NCBI GenBank assembly: GCA_050114915.1
Contig: JASFRN010000004.1
Coordinates: forward strand, 1 to 49,088
DNA length: 49,088 bases
DNA from: Gemmatimonadales bacterium
GTDB taxonomy: Bacteria > Gemmatimonadota > Gemmatimonadetes > Palauibacterales > Palauibacteraceae
Reading direction: 5' to 3'
The notes beneath the pieces were generated by a model. The model was given only the letters and a program-made list of their open reading frames with translations. It did not search any database and was not told where the DNA came from. A program made the position numbers and the translations under genes. Position 1 is the first letter of the stretch; the number at the start of each line of letters is the position of its first letter. Of the stretch, positions 35,423-44,480 are shown piece after piece.

Positions 35423-37135
35423 ATGGCCAAGATCGTCGTCGATCCGATTACCCGTATCGAGGGACATCTTCGCATCGAAGTCGAAGCGGGCAACGGAAAG
35501 ATCAACGACGCGTGGGCTTCGTCCACGCAGTTCCGCGGCATCGAGATCATCATGCAGGGGAGAGATCCCCGTGACGCGTGGGCATTCACGCAGCGGATCT
35601 GCGGCGTGTGCACGGTCGTGCACGCGATCGCGTCGTGCCGCGCCGTGGAGGATGCCCTCGGGATCCAGATACCGCCCGCCGGTGGCCTGATCCGAAATCT
35701 CGTGCACGGCATGCAGACCGTGCAGGATCACGTCATCCATTTCTACCATCTGCACGCGCTCGACTGGGTGGACGTCGTGAGCGCCCTGTCGGCCGATCCC
35801 ACCGCCACGTCGAATATCGCGAAGAGCATCTCGCCGTGGCCGAAGAACTCGCCGACGTACTTCCGCGAGATCAAGGACCGGATCCAGAAGTTCGTGGACA
35901 GCGGGCAGCTCGGGATCTTCACGAACGGGTACTGGGGGCACCCGGCCTACAAGCTGCCCCCCGAGGTCAACCTGCTGGCCGTCTCGCACTACCTCGAGGC
36001 GCTCGACTGGCAGCGCGACGTCATCCGCGTCCACACGATCTTCGGCGGGAAGAACCCGCACCCGAACTTCCTGGTCGGGGGCATGGCTTCCGCCATCAAC
36101 CTCGACGACACGGCGACGATCAACGCCGAGAGCCTGACGAAGATCAAGGACATGATCACGCGGGCCCGCCAGTTCGTCGAGCAGGTGTACTGGCCCGATC
36201 TGCTGGCGATCGCCGGGTTCTACAAGGACTGGGCGGCGATCGGTGGCGGAGTCGGCAACTACCTCACCGTCGGAGAGTACCCCGACAACGGAAATCCCAA
36301 CGACCTCGACTCGCTCTATTTCCCGCGGGGAATCATCCTCGCGAAGGACCTGTCGACGGTCCATCCGTACGACCAGCAGAAGGTGAAGGAGTACATCACG
36401 AGCTCGTGGTACGAGTATTCGGGCGGCGACGCCGTCGGACTGCACCCGTGGGAGGGCGAGACGAAGCCGAAATACACGGGTCCGGAGCCGCCGTGGGAGT
36501 ATCTGCAGGGGCTCGACAAGTACACGTGGATGAAAGCGCCCCGGTACGAGGGCCATCCGATGGAAGTCGGACCGCTGGCCCGAATGCTGGTGGCGTATGC
36601 GTCGGGCCACGAAGACGTCCGCGCGGTGGTGGGCGACGCGCTCGGCCGGCTGCAGGTGGGCCCCGAGGCGCTGTTCTCGACCCTCGGCCGGACGGCGGCT
36701 CGCGGCGCGGAGACCGTGCTCCTGGCGCGCCGGCTCGAGAAGTGGTTCGACGACCTCGTGGCGCGGATCAAGAGCGGCGACACCACGACCTTCAACGGCG
36801 ACAACTGGGATCCCTCGAAGTGGCCCGACAAGGCCGAGGGGTATGGTTATCTCGACGCGGCGCGGGGCGCGCTCGGCCACTGGGTGCAGATCGAGAACGG
36901 CTCGATCTCGCGCTATCAGTGCGTGGTGCCGAGCACCTGGAACTGCTCGCCGCGAGACGGCGAAGGCCAGATGGGTCCATACGAGGCTTCGCTGGTGGAC
37001 AACCATCCGCTGGTGCGGCCCGATCAGCCGATCGAGATCCTGCGGACGATCCACTCCTTCGATCCGTGCATGGCGTGCGGCGTGCACGTCCTGGACGCGG
37101 AAGGAGGGCTGGTCACGAAAGTGGTGGTGGAATGA
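35423..37135 (+). CDS. [NiFe]-hydrogenase large subunit, group 1
   Basis: DPITRIEGH, L1 QRICGVCTVVH, L2 SFDPCMACGVH plus 15-aa C-terminal extension. Confidence 0.97.
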   Translation: MAKIVVDPITRIEGHLRIEVEAGNGKINDAWASSTQFRGIEIIMQGRDPRDAWAFTQRICGVCTVVHAIASCRAVEDALGIQIPPAGGLIRNLVHGMQTVQDHVIHFYHLHALDWVDVVSALSADPTATSNIAKSISPWPKNSPTYFREIKDRIQKFVDSGQLGIFTNGYWGHPAYKLPPEVNLLAVSHYLEALDWQRDVIRVHTIFGGKNPHPNFLVGGMASAINLDDTATINAESLTKIKDMITRARQFVEQVYWPDLLAIAGFYKDWAAIGGGVGNYLTVGEYPDNGNPNDLDSLYFPRGIILAKDLSTVHPYDQQKVKEYITSSWYEYSGGDAVGLHPWEGETKPKYTGPEPPWEYLQGLDKYTWMKAPRYEGHPMEVGPLARMLVAYASGHEDVRAVVGDALGRLQVGPEALFSTLGRTAARGAETVLLARRLEKWFDDLVARIKSGDTTTFNGDNWDPSKWPDKAEGYGYLDAARGALGHWVQIENGSISRYQCVVPSTWNCSPRDGEGQMGPYEASLVDNHPLVRPDQPIEILRTIHSFDPCMACGVHVLDAEGGLVTKVVVE

Positions 37136-37869
37136 TGGCCGCCGACGGCAGTGCGGCCACCATGGCCGAAGGGGCCGTCTCCGCGCGCGGGCCCAGCTAC
37201 CGCTGGGTGTACGTGTGGCAATGGCCGATCCGGGCGATGCACTGGCTGGCCATGGCCAGCATCCTCGTGCTCATCGTGACCGGGTTCTACGTCGGACGTC
37301 CGTACTTCATGACCGGCGGTGAGGCGAGCGCCCACTACCTCATGGGTACGATGCGCTTCCTGCATTTCGCGGCCGCCGGCCTGCTGATCGCCACCGGCAT
37401 CGTCCGGATCTACTGGCTGTTCGCGGGCAACAAGTACGAGCGCCTGCCGGCGCTGTTCCCGGTGAAGCCGAGGGACTGGAAGAACCTGGTCCTGCAGGTG
37501 AAGCACTATCTGATGCTCCGGCACGCGGAGGCGCCTCATTACCTGGGGCACAATCCGCTCCAGCAGCTCAGCTATACGGGCGTGTACCTGATCGTGATCC
37601 TGCAGGTGATCACCGGGTTCGCGCTCTACGGTCTGTACAATCCGGGCGGGTTCTTCTACGACACCTTCGCCTGGGTGGGGCCGTTGCTCGGGGGCGCGCA
37701 GGTCGTGCGCTTCATCCACCACATCATGACCTGGGTGTTCCTGATCTTCATCCCGATCCACGTCTACCTGGGAATCCGGGCCGACGTGACGGAGCGGGAG
37801 GGGGCGATCTCGTCCATCATCAACGGTGGGCGGTTCGTCAGGGACGACTTCGAGTACGAAGACGAGTAG
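37132..37869 (+). CDS. Ni/Fe-hydrogenase b-type cytochrome subunit (HyaC/HupC type)
   Basis: ATG overlapping large-subunit stop; W..P.R..HW, HF..A, HNPLQQ.SY, HH...W...F..IHVY. Confidence 0.93.
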   Translation: MMAADGSAATMAEGAVSARGPSYRWVYVWQWPIRAMHWLAMASILVLIVTGFYVGRPYFMTGGEASAHYLMGTMRFLHFAAAGLLIATGIVRIYWLFAGNKYERLPALFPVKPRDWKNLVLQVKHYLMLRHAEAPHYLGHNPLQQLSYTGVYLIVILQVITGFALYGLYNPGGFFYDTFAWVGPLLGGAQVVRFIHHIMTWVFLIFIPIHVYLGIRADVTEREGAISSIINGGRFVRDDFEYEDE

Positions 37870-37919
37870 GCGGGGAAGCCCTGGCCGCTTTCCCGGAACC
37901 CCGCCGACCGGAGGCGATC

Positions 37920-38417
37920 ATGCTCGGGCCGGATGACGACGGAGGCGTCGTGATCGGCGTCGGGAGCCCCCTCATGGGGGACGACGGGCTCGGGCTGGTC
38001 GCCCTCGAGGCGCTGCGCGAGCAATGGGAGTTCACGCCCTACGTGGAGCTGCTCGACGGCGGCACGTGGGGAATGAACCTGTTGCCGTTCATCGAGTCCG
38101 CCCGGCGCGTGCTGATCATCGACGCCGTCCACGCGGGCCGGGAGGCCGGGGGCTTCGTCCGACTCGAGAAGGCGGACATCCCGCGTTTCTTCGCGATGAA
38201 GCTCTCGCCCCACCAGATCGACCTCAAGGAGGTGCTCGCCCTGGCCGAGCTGCGCGGCAACCTGCCGGAGCAGACGGTGGTGCTGGGGCTCGAGCCCGAC
38301 GTGGTGGAGATGTCGGCGATCCTCAGCCCGACGGTGGCGGAGCGGATCCCCGGGCTCGTCGACGAGATCGTGGGCCAGCTGCGGACGTGGGGGTACGAGG
38401 CGCAACGGCGGCAGTAG
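37920..38417 (+). CDS. Hydrogenase maturation endopeptidase (HyaD/HybD family)
   Basis: GVGSPLMGDDGLG, LDGGT.G, IDAV, LSPHQ. Confidence 0.92.
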   Translation: MLGPDDDGGVVIGVGSPLMGDDGLGLVALEALREQWEFTPYVELLDGGTWGMNLLPFIESARRVLIIDAVHAGREAGGFVRLEKADIPRFFAMKLSPHQIDLKEVLALAELRGNLPEQTVVLGLEPDVVEMSAILSPTVAERIPGLVDEIVGQLRTWGYEAQRRQ

Positions 38418-38432
38418 CGGTCCGGGGTCGGA

Positions 38433-38822
38433 TCAGCGCCTGGCCCATCCGGCCACGATCGGCATCAGCAGCACCACGATTAGCACGAGACTCCACAGGC
38501 GTCCCGCCGACAGGTCGTAATCGTGCAGGAGCCGTCGCCAGGGGTGGCCCATCACGAGCCGCCCGAATCCGAACTCGAAGGCCACGGTCGCGACCGTCCA
38601 GCCCGCTCCGAGGCCGAGGAGCGCTCCCGGCGCCAGTCCGGGAAGTATCCAGGGGACGAGCAGCCAGATGAGGACCGCGAATGCCACCGCCACGGCGAGC
38701 GAACCGACGACGTGGGCCGTCGGTTCTCCGATCCGGGGTTCGAGGATCTTCACCCGCAGCCCCGCCGCGACGAACGCGACGACGAGCAGGAGACACCAGG
38801 CGGCGGCCGCGCGCAGCAGCAT
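38433..38822 (-). CDS. Four-TM hypothetical membrane protein
   Basis: Hydrophobic helices, T.AFEF.FG...W..LL.DY....GRLW pattern. Confidence 0.75.
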   Translation of the reverse strand: MLLRAAAAWCLLLVVAFVAAGLRVKILEPRIGEPTAHVVGSLAVAVAFAVLIWLLVPWILPGLAPGALLGLGAGWTVATVAFEFGFGRLVMGHPWRRLLHDYDLSAGRLWSLVLIVVLLMPIVAGWARR

Positions 38823-38831
38823 GAGGCGACC

Positions 38832-39530
38832 TCAGGCGGGCTGCATGAAGGTGCCGGGACTCTCCGCCGTGGCGCGCCACTCGGAGGACCGCTCCGGCGA
38901 GGCCTCAGCAAGCGCCTGCCGCACCTTCGCGGGATCCAGGAGGTCGCTCGTGTAGACGGGCGTGCCCGGCTGCTGCCGCCACGACTCGTCGAGGCCGCCG
39001 GCGTCGACGGCGTCGAACCCGAGCTGGTCGACGAGCGACATCACGATCGCCTTCGCCCACTCTTCGTCGCCGGCGACGGGCAGCGCGATGCGGTCGGGGT
39101 CGCCGGCCGGCCGACCTCTCTCCAGCAGATGCTGCGCGTAGATGTTGTTGAACGCCTTCACGACCGGGCGGCCGAGCTGACGTTCCACCCAGCGGCTCTC
39201 CGGCATGCCGTCCTCGATCGCCTCGATCCGTCCGTCCCGCTGCTGCGGGTAGTAGTTGCCGGTGTCCACGACCACGACGTCGTCGGGCACCCCGTCGAAC
39301 AGATCGTCGGGCAGGTCGGGGACGTTGCGCTCGGGGATCGTCACGATCACCACTTCGCCGAACCGGGCCGCTTCGCCCGGCGTGACCGCGCGGGCTCCCG
39401 TTTCCTCCGCCAGGTCGCCGAGCGTGTCGGGGGAGCGCGAGTTGGCCACCGCGACCTCGTGGCCGAGCGCCGAGAACCGACGGGTGAGGGTGCCACCGAT
39501 CTGGCCCGCGCCGATGATGCCGATCTTCAT
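38832..39530 (-). CDS. NADP oxidoreductase, F420-dependent/dinucleotide-binding family
   Basis: MKIGIIGAG.IG, NSR.P, DTGNYYP.RDG, VVKAFNN, SWRQQPGTPVY; GGAGG SD. Confidence 0.9.
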   Translation of the reverse strand: MKIGIIGAGQIGGTLTRRFSALGHEVAVANSRSPDTLGDLAEETGARAVTPGEAARFGEVVIVTIPERNVPDLPDDLFDGVPDDVVVVDTGNYYPQQRDGRIEAIEDGMPESRWVERQLGRPVVKAFNNIYAQHLLERGRPAGDPDRIALPVAGDEEWAKAIVMSLVDQLGFDAVDAGGLDESWRQQPGTPVYTSDLLDPAKVRQALAEASPERSSEWRATAESPGTFMQPA

Positions 39531-39635
39531 ATGTCCTCCATGCAGGAAATTCGAGAGTAAGTCACACGTACAAACGGCGCCCGGCCCGACCGTGCCTCCG
39601 CCGGGCCGGCCGTTCAGGTGCCGGCGCGCATCGCC

Positions 39636-41630
39636 TCAGGGTGCGCGGCGCCAGGTCTCGTCGTCCCGGTCCACGTCCGGCAGCACGTGATCCGGGTCGG
39701 CGGCGACGGCAACGACGGGCCCGTCGGTCAGGACGTAGACGAAGTCCCCGCCTCCATACCAGGCTTCGACGGGGACGCGACGCCGTTCCCGGCTCCCGTC
39801 GGCATGCGTGACCTCCAGGTCGACCGGCATCACCAGCGATCCCTGGTTCTCCAGGTGCACGCGCGTCGTATCGCCCGCCGTCTCGACGCCGGTGATCGCG
39901 ATGTCGAACTTCCCCGTCGACGTGAACCAGCCGTGCCAGAACCAGCCGAGGTCCTCGCCGGTGATGTTCTCCATCGTGCGGAAGAAGTCGGCCGGCTGCG
40001 GGTGCCGATAGGCCCAGCGCCGGATGTATTCGCGGAACGCAGGGTCGAAGCGCTCCGGGCCGAGCACGTACTCACGCAGCAGGACGAGGCCGGCTCCGAC
40101 CTTCCGGTACTGGAGGAACCCGAGCGCATCCCCGGCCACGCGGTCGGCGGGTGTCTCGATCGGCTGGCCGGCAATCGGCTGCTGCATCCGCGCGGCCACC
40201 GTGTCGGGATTCATCCGGCTCCCGCGAGCGGTGGAATCGCCGTAGAAGGCGAGTCCCGAGTAGTAGTTGATGAACGTGTTGAAGCCCTCGTCCATCCACG
40301 CGTGGCGCCGCTCGTCGGAGCCCACGATCATCGGGAACCAGCTGTGCCCGAGCTCGTGATCGGTGACGCCGAACAGTCCGCGTCCCCGGGCCCCGACGCC
40401 GCAGAACACGATCTGCGGATATTCCATCCCGCGGACGATGCCCGCGATGTTGGTCGCCGAAGGATAGGGGTAGGGGAAGTACGTCTTCGAGTAGAATTCG
40501 ATCGTGTGGCGCGCGTATTCCGTCGCCCGTTCCCAGCCGGGATTGGAGGGGTCGCCGAGACCCTCCTTCGGATAGAGGCTCTGAATGATCGTGCCGTCGT
40601 AGCCCGCGGCGTCCCAGATGAACGCCGAGGAAGCCGCCCAGGAGAAATCGCGTACGTTATCGGCGTGGAACTTCCAGGTCAGTGCTCCGCGGCCGGCGGG
40701 GCGCGCGGCGGAGGTCCCGACCTCGTCGCGGCCGAGGATCGTCACCGTCTGGCGGCTGTCGCGAGCGCGCTCCAGGCGCCGGCGCTGCTCGGCCGTGAGC
40801 ACTTCTTCGGGGTTGGTGAGGGTGCCGGTGGCGGCGACGACCAGGTCGCGCGGGACGGTGAGCTCGACGTCGAACGACCCGTACTCGAGGTAGAACTCTC
40901 CCTGGCCGAGATAGGGCAGGGTATTCCAGCCGTGCACGTCGTCGTACACGCTGATCCGCGGATACCACTGGGCGAGCTCGAACACCGTGCCGTCCGCCGC
41001 GTCCATCCATCCCATGCGATCCGCGCCGTACTGCGGGATCGTGAAGGTGAAGGCGAGCGACAGGTCGAGGCTGGCGCCGGGCGCCAGCGGTTCGTCGAGC
41101 GGGATCCGCATACGCGTGCCCTCGACCAGGTAGTCGGCGGTGGCGCCGTCGCCGCCGCCGCTCCGACGCACCCGAACATCGGACAGCTGGAAGCCGCCCC
41201 CGGAGAACGCCCCCGCGAACCGGCGGTTGGGCGGCGTGATCTCCGCTCCGCGGCTATGGGCCGCGAACAGGTTCTGGTCGAGCTGCAGCCACAGCGCGTC
41301 GAGCGCTTCGGGCGAATGGTTCGTGTAGGTGATCGTCTCGTGGCCGTCGATCCGGCGGGCGGCCGGATCGAGGGTGGCTTCGATCCGGTAATCGGCGCCC
41401 TGTTGCCAGTAGTCGGGCCCCGGGGCCCCGGAAGCGGCCCGGTAGCCATTCGGCGTCGGGAGATCGGGAGCCTGGAAGATCGCCTGGCTCGCGGCGAGCC
41501 CTTCGCGGCTTCCCGCGACCTGGGCGTGAGCCGGCGAGGCGAGGAGGGGAAGGGCGGCGAGGGCGGCGAGGCCGCACCGGGTGGCCCGGCGCCTCGGGGC
41601 GTTCAACGATGCGCGGATACGCAATCTCAT
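39636..41630 (-). CDS. Secreted M1 family metallopeptidase
   Basis: ATG 41630, signal peptide (AHA-Q), GPDYWQQ..DY, GMEYP, HELGHSWF, WMDEGFN. Confidence 0.92.
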   Translation of the reverse strand: MRLRIRASLNAPRRRATRCGLAALAALPLLASPAHAQVAGSREGLAASQAIFQAPDLPTPNGYRAASGAPGPDYWQQGADYRIEATLDPAARRIDGHETITYTNHSPEALDALWLQLDQNLFAAHSRGAEITPPNRRFAGAFSGGGFQLSDVRVRRSGGGDGATADYLVEGTRMRIPLDEPLAPGASLDLSLAFTFTIPQYGADRMGWMDAADGTVFELAQWYPRISVYDDVHGWNTLPYLGQGEFYLEYGSFDVELTVPRDLVVAATGTLTNPEEVLTAEQRRRLERARDSRQTVTILGRDEVGTSAARPAGRGALTWKFHADNVRDFSWAASSAFIWDAAGYDGTIIQSLYPKEGLGDPSNPGWERATEYARHTIEFYSKTYFPYPYPSATNIAGIVRGMEYPQIVFCGVGARGRGLFGVTDHELGHSWFPMIVGSDERRHAWMDEGFNTFINYYSGLAFYGDSTARGSRMNPDTVAARMQQPIAGQPIETPADRVAGDALGFLQYRKVGAGLVLLREYVLGPERFDPAFREYIRRWAYRHPQPADFFRTMENITGEDLGWFWHGWFTSTGKFDIAITGVETAGDTTRVHLENQGSLVMPVDLEVTHADGSRERRRVPVEAWYGGGDFVYVLTDGPVVAVAADPDHVLPDVDRDDETWRRAP

Positions 41631-41887
41631 CGGTCGATTCCTGGGTCGAGTTCGTCGGCGCGGTGTCGCGTGGGGCGGGCGGAGGCGCGCCTCCTTCGTC
41701 CGTCGGGCTCCTACCCGCCACGGTCCCGATAGGTCGGTCACCGGATCGGTGTCGTCGGGCTGTAGGGGAGCTCCAGTGCGCGTATCTTGTCGGGACACCG
41801 CCCGAACCACGGAGCCGCCCGATCGACAACGACTCTCCGGACATTCAACCATCCCTCGTCGCCGACGAGCCGCCGCCGAACGCCCAG

Positions 41888-43771
41888 TTGACCGCGGAGC
41901 ATGCGGCGCGGAAGCGCCCGCCGGCCCTGCTCGCCCTGTTCGCGCTCGGGGTCGTGTACGGCGACATCGGCACGAGCCCGATCTACGCGTTTCGCGAGAG
42001 CCTGCTCGGACACGCGGCGATCGGCGCCACCCGCGCGAACATCCTCGGGCTGTTGTCGCTGATCTTCTGGTCCCTGGCCGTCGTCATATCGCTGAAATAC
42101 CTGTTCTACATCATGCGGGCCGAGAACGAGGGCGAGGGAGGCATACTGGCGCTCGCCTCGCTACTCGCTCCGTGGCGCCGGGGGCGACGCCTCGTCGCCT
42201 TCCTGGGCGTGTTCGGGGCGGCCTTGCTGTATGGCGACGGGATGATCACGCCGGCGATCTCGGTGCTGAGCGCGGTGGAAGGCCTCGGGGTCGCGGTCCC
42301 GTCGATGACCGGCCTGGTGCTCCCGCTGACCATCCTCATCCTGGTGTTGTTGTTCCTGTTCCAGAGCCGCGGTACGACCGGGGTCGGCGCCGTCTTCGGC
42401 CCGGTCATGCTCGTCTGGTTCGCCGCGCTCGCCGCGCTGGGGCTCCGCTGGATCATCCGTGAGCCCGGGGTGCTGGCGGCCGTGAGCCCGACCTACGCCG
42501 TCGCCTTCTTCGCCTCGAACGGCTTCTCCGGTTTCCTGGTGCTGGGCACGATCTTCCTCGTCGTGACCGGCGGGGAGGCGATGTACGCCGATCGAGGCCA
42601 CTTCGGGGCCTGGCCGATTCGGCTCGGCTGGTTCGCCGTCGCGCTGCCCGCCCTGCTGCTGAACTACTTCGGCCAGGGCGCGATGCTGCTCCGCGCCGGC
42701 GACGCCGGAACCACGATCCTGCAGCCGTTCTACCAGATGGCGCCCGACTGGGCCCTCCACCCGCTCGTGGGCCTGGCCACGGCCGCGACCGTCATCGCCT
42801 CGCAGGCGGTGATCTCGGGCGTGTTCTCGCTCACCCGCCAGGCGATCCAGCTCGGGCAATGCCCGCGCCTGCGCGTCGAGCAGACCTCGGAAGAGGAGGT
42901 CGGCCGCGTCTACATCCCGTCCGTGAACTGGGCGATGATGATCGCGACGATCGGGCTGGTGCTGGGCTTCCGCTCGTCGAGCGGGCTGGCGGCGGCCTAC
43001 GGCGTGGCCGTGAGCACGACATTCGTCATCACCACCCTGCTCGCGTACCGCGTGGCGCGGGAACGCTGGGGATGGAGCCTGCCGTTGGCCGGCGCCGTCA
43101 CGGCCGGCTTCCTGGTCATCGATCTCGCCTTCTTCGGCGCGAACATGTTCAAGTTCGTCGCCGGCGGATGGTTCCCGCTCGTGGTGGCCGGCCTCGTCTG
43201 GTTCCTGATGGCGACATGGGCCCGCGGCGACGAGTTGATCGAGGAGCAACTGGGCCGCGACCTCGGCTCGATCGACGAGCTGCTGGCCCGGATTCGCGAG
43301 ACGCCGATCCCGCGAGTCCCCGGAACCGGGGTGTTCCTGACCGAGGAGACGAAGGGGACGCCGCCGATCCTGCGCTACTACCTGGAGCGCATCCCGTGCC
43401 TGCACGAAACGACGGTCCTCCTGACCACTTTGAACTCGAACGTTCCGCGCGTGCCGTTCGCCGACCGCCTCGAGATCGAGGAGCTCGGTGAAGGCCTGTA
43501 TCGGGTCGTCGCCCACTACGGCTTCATGCAGGGCGTGCACGTGCCGGTGCTGGTGGAGGCCTGCCGACGCGCCGGCGTCCCGCTCGCCGATCGCGAGAAC
43601 ACGACCTACTACCTGCGGCTGGAGCGCCCCGTGGCGGTCGAGGAGCTCGGGATGGTGAACTGGCGGGCCCGCCTGTTCGCCCTGATGGCGCGCAACGTAC
43701 CCCGCCCGGAGGAGGTCCTGAAGATCCCGCCGCGCAGGGTGATCGAGCTCGGGATGACGGTGGAGGTCTGA
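41888..43771 (+). CDS. kup: KUP/HAK/KT potassium transporter
   Basis: LGVVYGDIGTSP.Y, GEGG..AL, GDG.ITPAISVLSAVEG, TGGEAMYAD.GHFG; start uncertain (TTG 41888 or ATC 41822). Confidence 0.93.
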   Translation: MTAEHAARKRPPALLALFALGVVYGDIGTSPIYAFRESLLGHAAIGATRANILGLLSLIFWSLAVVISLKYLFYIMRAENEGEGGILALASLLAPWRRGRRLVAFLGVFGAALLYGDGMITPAISVLSAVEGLGVAVPSMTGLVLPLTILILVLLFLFQSRGTTGVGAVFGPVMLVWFAALAALGLRWIIREPGVLAAVSPTYAVAFFASNGFSGFLVLGTIFLVVTGGEAMYADRGHFGAWPIRLGWFAVALPALLLNYFGQGAMLLRAGDAGTTILQPFYQMAPDWALHPLVGLATAATVIASQAVISGVFSLTRQAIQLGQCPRLRVEQTSEEEVGRVYIPSVNWAMMIATIGLVLGFRSSSGLAAAYGVAVSTTFVITTLLAYRVARERWGWSLPLAGAVTAGFLVIDLAFFGANMFKFVAGGWFPLVVAGLVWFLMATWARGDELIEEQLGRDLGSIDELLARIRETPIPRVPGTGVFLTEETKGTPPILRYYLERIPCLHETTVLLTTLNSNVPRVPFADRLEIEELGEGLYRVVAHYGFMQGVHVPVLVEACRRAGVPLADRENTTYYLRLERPVAVEELGMVNWRARLFALMARNVPRPEEVLKIPPRRVIELGMTVEV

Positions 43772-43796
43772 GGACGCCGAGGCCGTTCCTCGAGGG

Positions 43797-44288
43797 TCAT
43801 TTCGGGACGACCGTGAACGAACCGTCCTGCTCCATGTACGCTTCGCGCACCTGGTCGAGGGACGTCAATCCGTGCCGGCGCAGCTGCCCCATGATCTCCT
43901 CGCGGGTGAGGAGCTGGTTGCGCGCGTTCTCCACGATCAGCTGTCCACGTCGCACGATCGGCACCGGATCGTGCCGCAGCGGCCGACGCAGAATCGGAAA
44001 CAGGAACGCGAGGCGATCGATCAGCACGTCCCAGCCCAGCACCGTGGTGCCCGAGATCGCGGCGTCGGCGACGCCGTAGTGATCGCCGGTGAGGCCTTCG
44101 CGCACGGCCACGGCGAGCAGCATCATCACGACCACGTCGGACATCGCGAAGCGACCCATCAACCGGCGGCCCGCCACGCGCATGGCGAGGAACAGGAAGG
44201 CATAGATCAGGGTGCCCCGCACGAGCAGCTCTGCGAGTGACGCTTGCGGAGCCAGGACGGCTCCCCAGTCGGTCGGCCACAAACTCAT
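43797..44288 (-). CDS. DUF421 (YetF-like) membrane protein
   Basis: C-terminal part of track ORF 43797..46457; RG..IY.FL, P..IV..G, LR..G...L.QV..AY.E.DG.F.VV. Confidence 0.85.
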   Translation of the reverse strand: MSLWPTDWGAVLAPQASLAELLVRGTLIYAFLFLAMRVAGRRLMGRFAMSDVVVMMLLAVAVREGLTGDHYGVADAAISGTTVLGWDVLIDRLAFLFPILRRPLRHDPVPIVRRGQLIVENARNQLLTREEIMGQLRRHGLTSLDQVREAYMEQDGSFTVVPK

Positions 44289-44480
44289 TCCGGCCATCTC
44301 CCGGCGCCCGCACCGCCGACGCGGCCGGTCGCCTGCTGAAGCGTGAATGTCATTCCCCGGGCTCAACCTACGTCTTCGACACCCGCTGCCGGAACACGCC
44401 CGGGCGGCCTCCGTAAGAGCACGATACCTTCGGGAGACGGCAATCCTGCGAGCCGACGGAGAGGGGATGAACGAACGCGG

